Translations under genes and position numbers: made by a program
NCBI GenBank assembly: GCA_002633005.1
Contig: NMRA01000463.1
Coordinates: forward strand, 62,001-126,000
Source: Phoronis australis
Lineage: Eukaryota > Animalia > Phoronida
Direction of reading: 5' to 3'
DNA length: 64,000 nucleotides
Shown here: piece after piece, positions 63,361 through 64,000 of the stretch
Position numbering within the stretch: position 1 is the first letter of the stretch
Layout: each line of letters begins with the position of its first letter
Notes under the pieces: generated by a model
Databases searched by the model: none
Seen by the model: the letters and a program-made list of their open reading frames with translations, nothing else
What the model was told of the DNA's origin: nothing

Positions 63361-64000
63361 GTAAGAGCACATCGTTACCTTCCCATGTTCGCAAATGTTC
63401 GATGTCAAATTTGACGTGGACTGCTTTCATTCCTTAAGTTTGTCGCACGTAGTGCCGAGCAACGGGAGGTCGGGAGGGGATTACCACTCCAATGTCAAAT
63501 TTTTGGTTTCTGTAGCTGATTTCGTTTTCCTGACGACGCTTTGTTTTAATTTTCTATTTTGATCCTGTCCCGGGGGTGAACCCTCCCGTAGATCCGCCTC
63601 TGACGGACGCATCATACAGTGTAATTTCTGTACACTGACGCATATTATGGAGTATGCGCGCAAAAACAAGTCCGGCCATGTGAGTGGAAAGAGCCTAGCC
63701 TCATGTCCAAACGCCAGGCTGGTCATCAAACTTGACTGAGACTCACCCAACACTGGTGACACACCTTTGAGTGTGGTGTGAATGTCCTTTTTTGGAATCG
63801 TATAATGGAGGTCTTGGTACAAACGGAGTCGTTGCTTTGGGTATTATTAAAATAGCAACATCAAAAACGACTTCTTTGTAACATTGTCGATTTACTTATC
63901 TAACAACACCTAAACAATAATTCAGTAAATGAGTAGTTTAACTATTTCGATAGTTTACTTCACTTGGGCATCTAATGGAACTAATTAGACAAACATTTGA

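Noticed and set aside
63585-63602. cccgtagatccg resembling miR-100/miR-10
   Set aside because: It is the right TIR (tagatccgcctctg) of a decayed GGCGGAT-type MITE; the 3' half of the miRNA and a hairpin are absent.

Overview
This is AT-rich, intron-containing animal genomic DNA, not prokaryotic; the repeat content suggests a marine invertebrate bilaterian (inference only). Three protein-coding genes lie in tandem on the + strand. (1) A 3' homeobox-containing exon of an Arrowhead/Lhx6/8 LIM-homeobox gene (1819-2088); its upstream exons are outside the window. (2) After ~34 kb with no recognisable gene, a complete three-exon Prrx paired-like homeobox gene (36099-48715, 309 aa) with an eh1-like motif, a Q50 homeodomain and a divergent OAR. 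(3) The first seven coding exons (662 codons) of an uncharacterised ankyrin-repeat gene (53571-63360) that runs off the right end. All splice phases in the Prrx and ankyrin models were checked by hand and are consistent. Non-coding DNA holds several non-autonomous DNA-transposon families (a 5-bp-TSD family with one clean nested insertion, plus Kolobok-, Harbinger- and Academ-like elements and a foldback), a dispersed repeat with an internal tRNA-like segment, microsatellites and a 138-N gap. No CRISPR array, intact RNA gene or autonomous transposase was seen, and I found no clear novel multi-gene system. The best leads are the tight Awh/Lhx6/8-Prrx linkage with candidate CTCF sites, the repeat with an internal tRNA-like segment, and the nested 5-bp-TSD elements.
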